Source: Ministeria vibrans ATCC 50519 (taxonomy: Eukaryota; Protista; Filasterea). Taken from it: a stretch of 64,000 bases of DNA. Shown here piece by piece: positions 63,186 to 64,000 of the stretch. Position numbers and translations under genes: made by a program. The notes beneath the pieces are model-generated. The model did no database searches, had not been told where the DNA came from, and saw only the letters and a list, made by a program, of their open reading frames with translations. The stretch covers positions 44,624-108,623 of the forward strand of contig CALSCP010002121.1 of the NCBI GenBank assembly GCA_943704425.1, in the 5' to 3' direction. Position 1 is the first letter of the stretch. Each line of letters begins with the position of its first letter.

Positions 63186-64000
63186 TCACGAGATCCACGA
63201 GTCCAAATTCGTGATTTCAGTGGCGCGCAGTCCCTCAGTGCGCTCCCCAATCGACCCAATGACCATTGCCTCGTCACGACCAAGTCCATCCAGCACTACA
63301 AAGGAAACCATAGAGTCAGCTACGAGCGTAGGCGTAAGGTCGTACCTTGGTCGACATTGTCCGGTGTGACCACCAGCACAAGACCGATACCACAGTTAAA
63401 CGTGCGTTGAAGTTCCTCTAAAAACACACATCCACAGAACAACAGCAAAGAATGGCAGGCAGGAAATGAAAACCAAAGGAGAAAGAGAAAGAAAAAGAAA
63501 GAAAAAAAGCAAGGAAAGAAAGAAACAAAGTGATAGAAAGAGAGAGAAACAAAGAAACAAAGTGATAGAAAGAGAGCGAGAAAGAAACAAGGTGATAGAG
63601 AGAAACAAAGTGATAGTGAAAGAGAGAGAGAGGACATCACTGAGTGAGGTATCACAAGTGTGTGCAAAGAACGTACGGGGTGCGATATTCCCGGTGGCTT
63701 GGAGCCACTTAAAGAGGGGCGGTAGGGTCCATGCGGCAGCATCGATGTGCGCGGTGTGGCGAGCCTTGTCGAGGACGCGCGGGACATTCTCGGAGAAGCC
63801 ACCGCCCGTGATGTGGGCAACGGCCTGGATGAGTCCCTGACGGATGAGTGGGAGCACAGGGCGGATGTAGAGTCGCGTTGGGGTAAGCAGAGCAGCGCCC
63901 AGGGTGCGCTCGGGCGACGGGAAGGGCGGGGGCGACGCAAAGGTGAGCGAGCTGAGGGCCACGACCCGACGCACCAGTGAGAAGCCATTGGAGTGGAGAC
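63186..64000 (-). CDS. purM: AIR synthetase (PurM) domain, 3' part of a gene continuing beyond the window
   Basis: [39 protein letters not shown]; stop directly after the PurM domain. Confidence 0.9.

Overview
Gene-dense, intron-rich eukaryotic nuclear DNA, probably a unicellular amorphean/holozoan-like protist (inferred from gene content, not proven). It uses the standard code, and every intron I traced was GT-AG. There are about 26 protein genes, often head-to-head or tail-to-tail with 30-150 bp spacers: RASSF-like (partial), TEX10/IPI1, a secreted LTD-EGF-PKD-DUF285(BspA) chimera, TRAPPC3, CSTF3, PTPDC1-RhoGAP, PRPS, UGGT, PFAS, kanadaptin, a cytochrome P450, a LysM-TM protein, a small ankyrin protein, RAD54B, O-GlcNAcase, profilin, TRAPPC1, SPCS1, a CBS protein, PRP16, mitochondrial S18, a 3-repeat/SH3/exonuclease-like protein, a secreted LRR protein, CCDC134, an enoyl-CoA hydratase/isomerase and PurM (partial). 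Five items stand out. (1) The mosaic secreted protein combines bacterial-type LTD and BspA modules with EGF repeats and grows by intron-containing cassette duplication; a second DUF285 fragment lies inside a PRPS intron. (2) The O-GlcNAcase GNAT domain keeps the acetyl-CoA P-loop that human OGA lacks. (3) An ATCACTTTGTTT motif family is dispersed in (CT)n tracts at 9 loci. (4) Several domain architectures are unusual. (5) There are several candidate structured RNAs. All family calls come from motif recognition; no searches were run. Several N gaps limit certainty.
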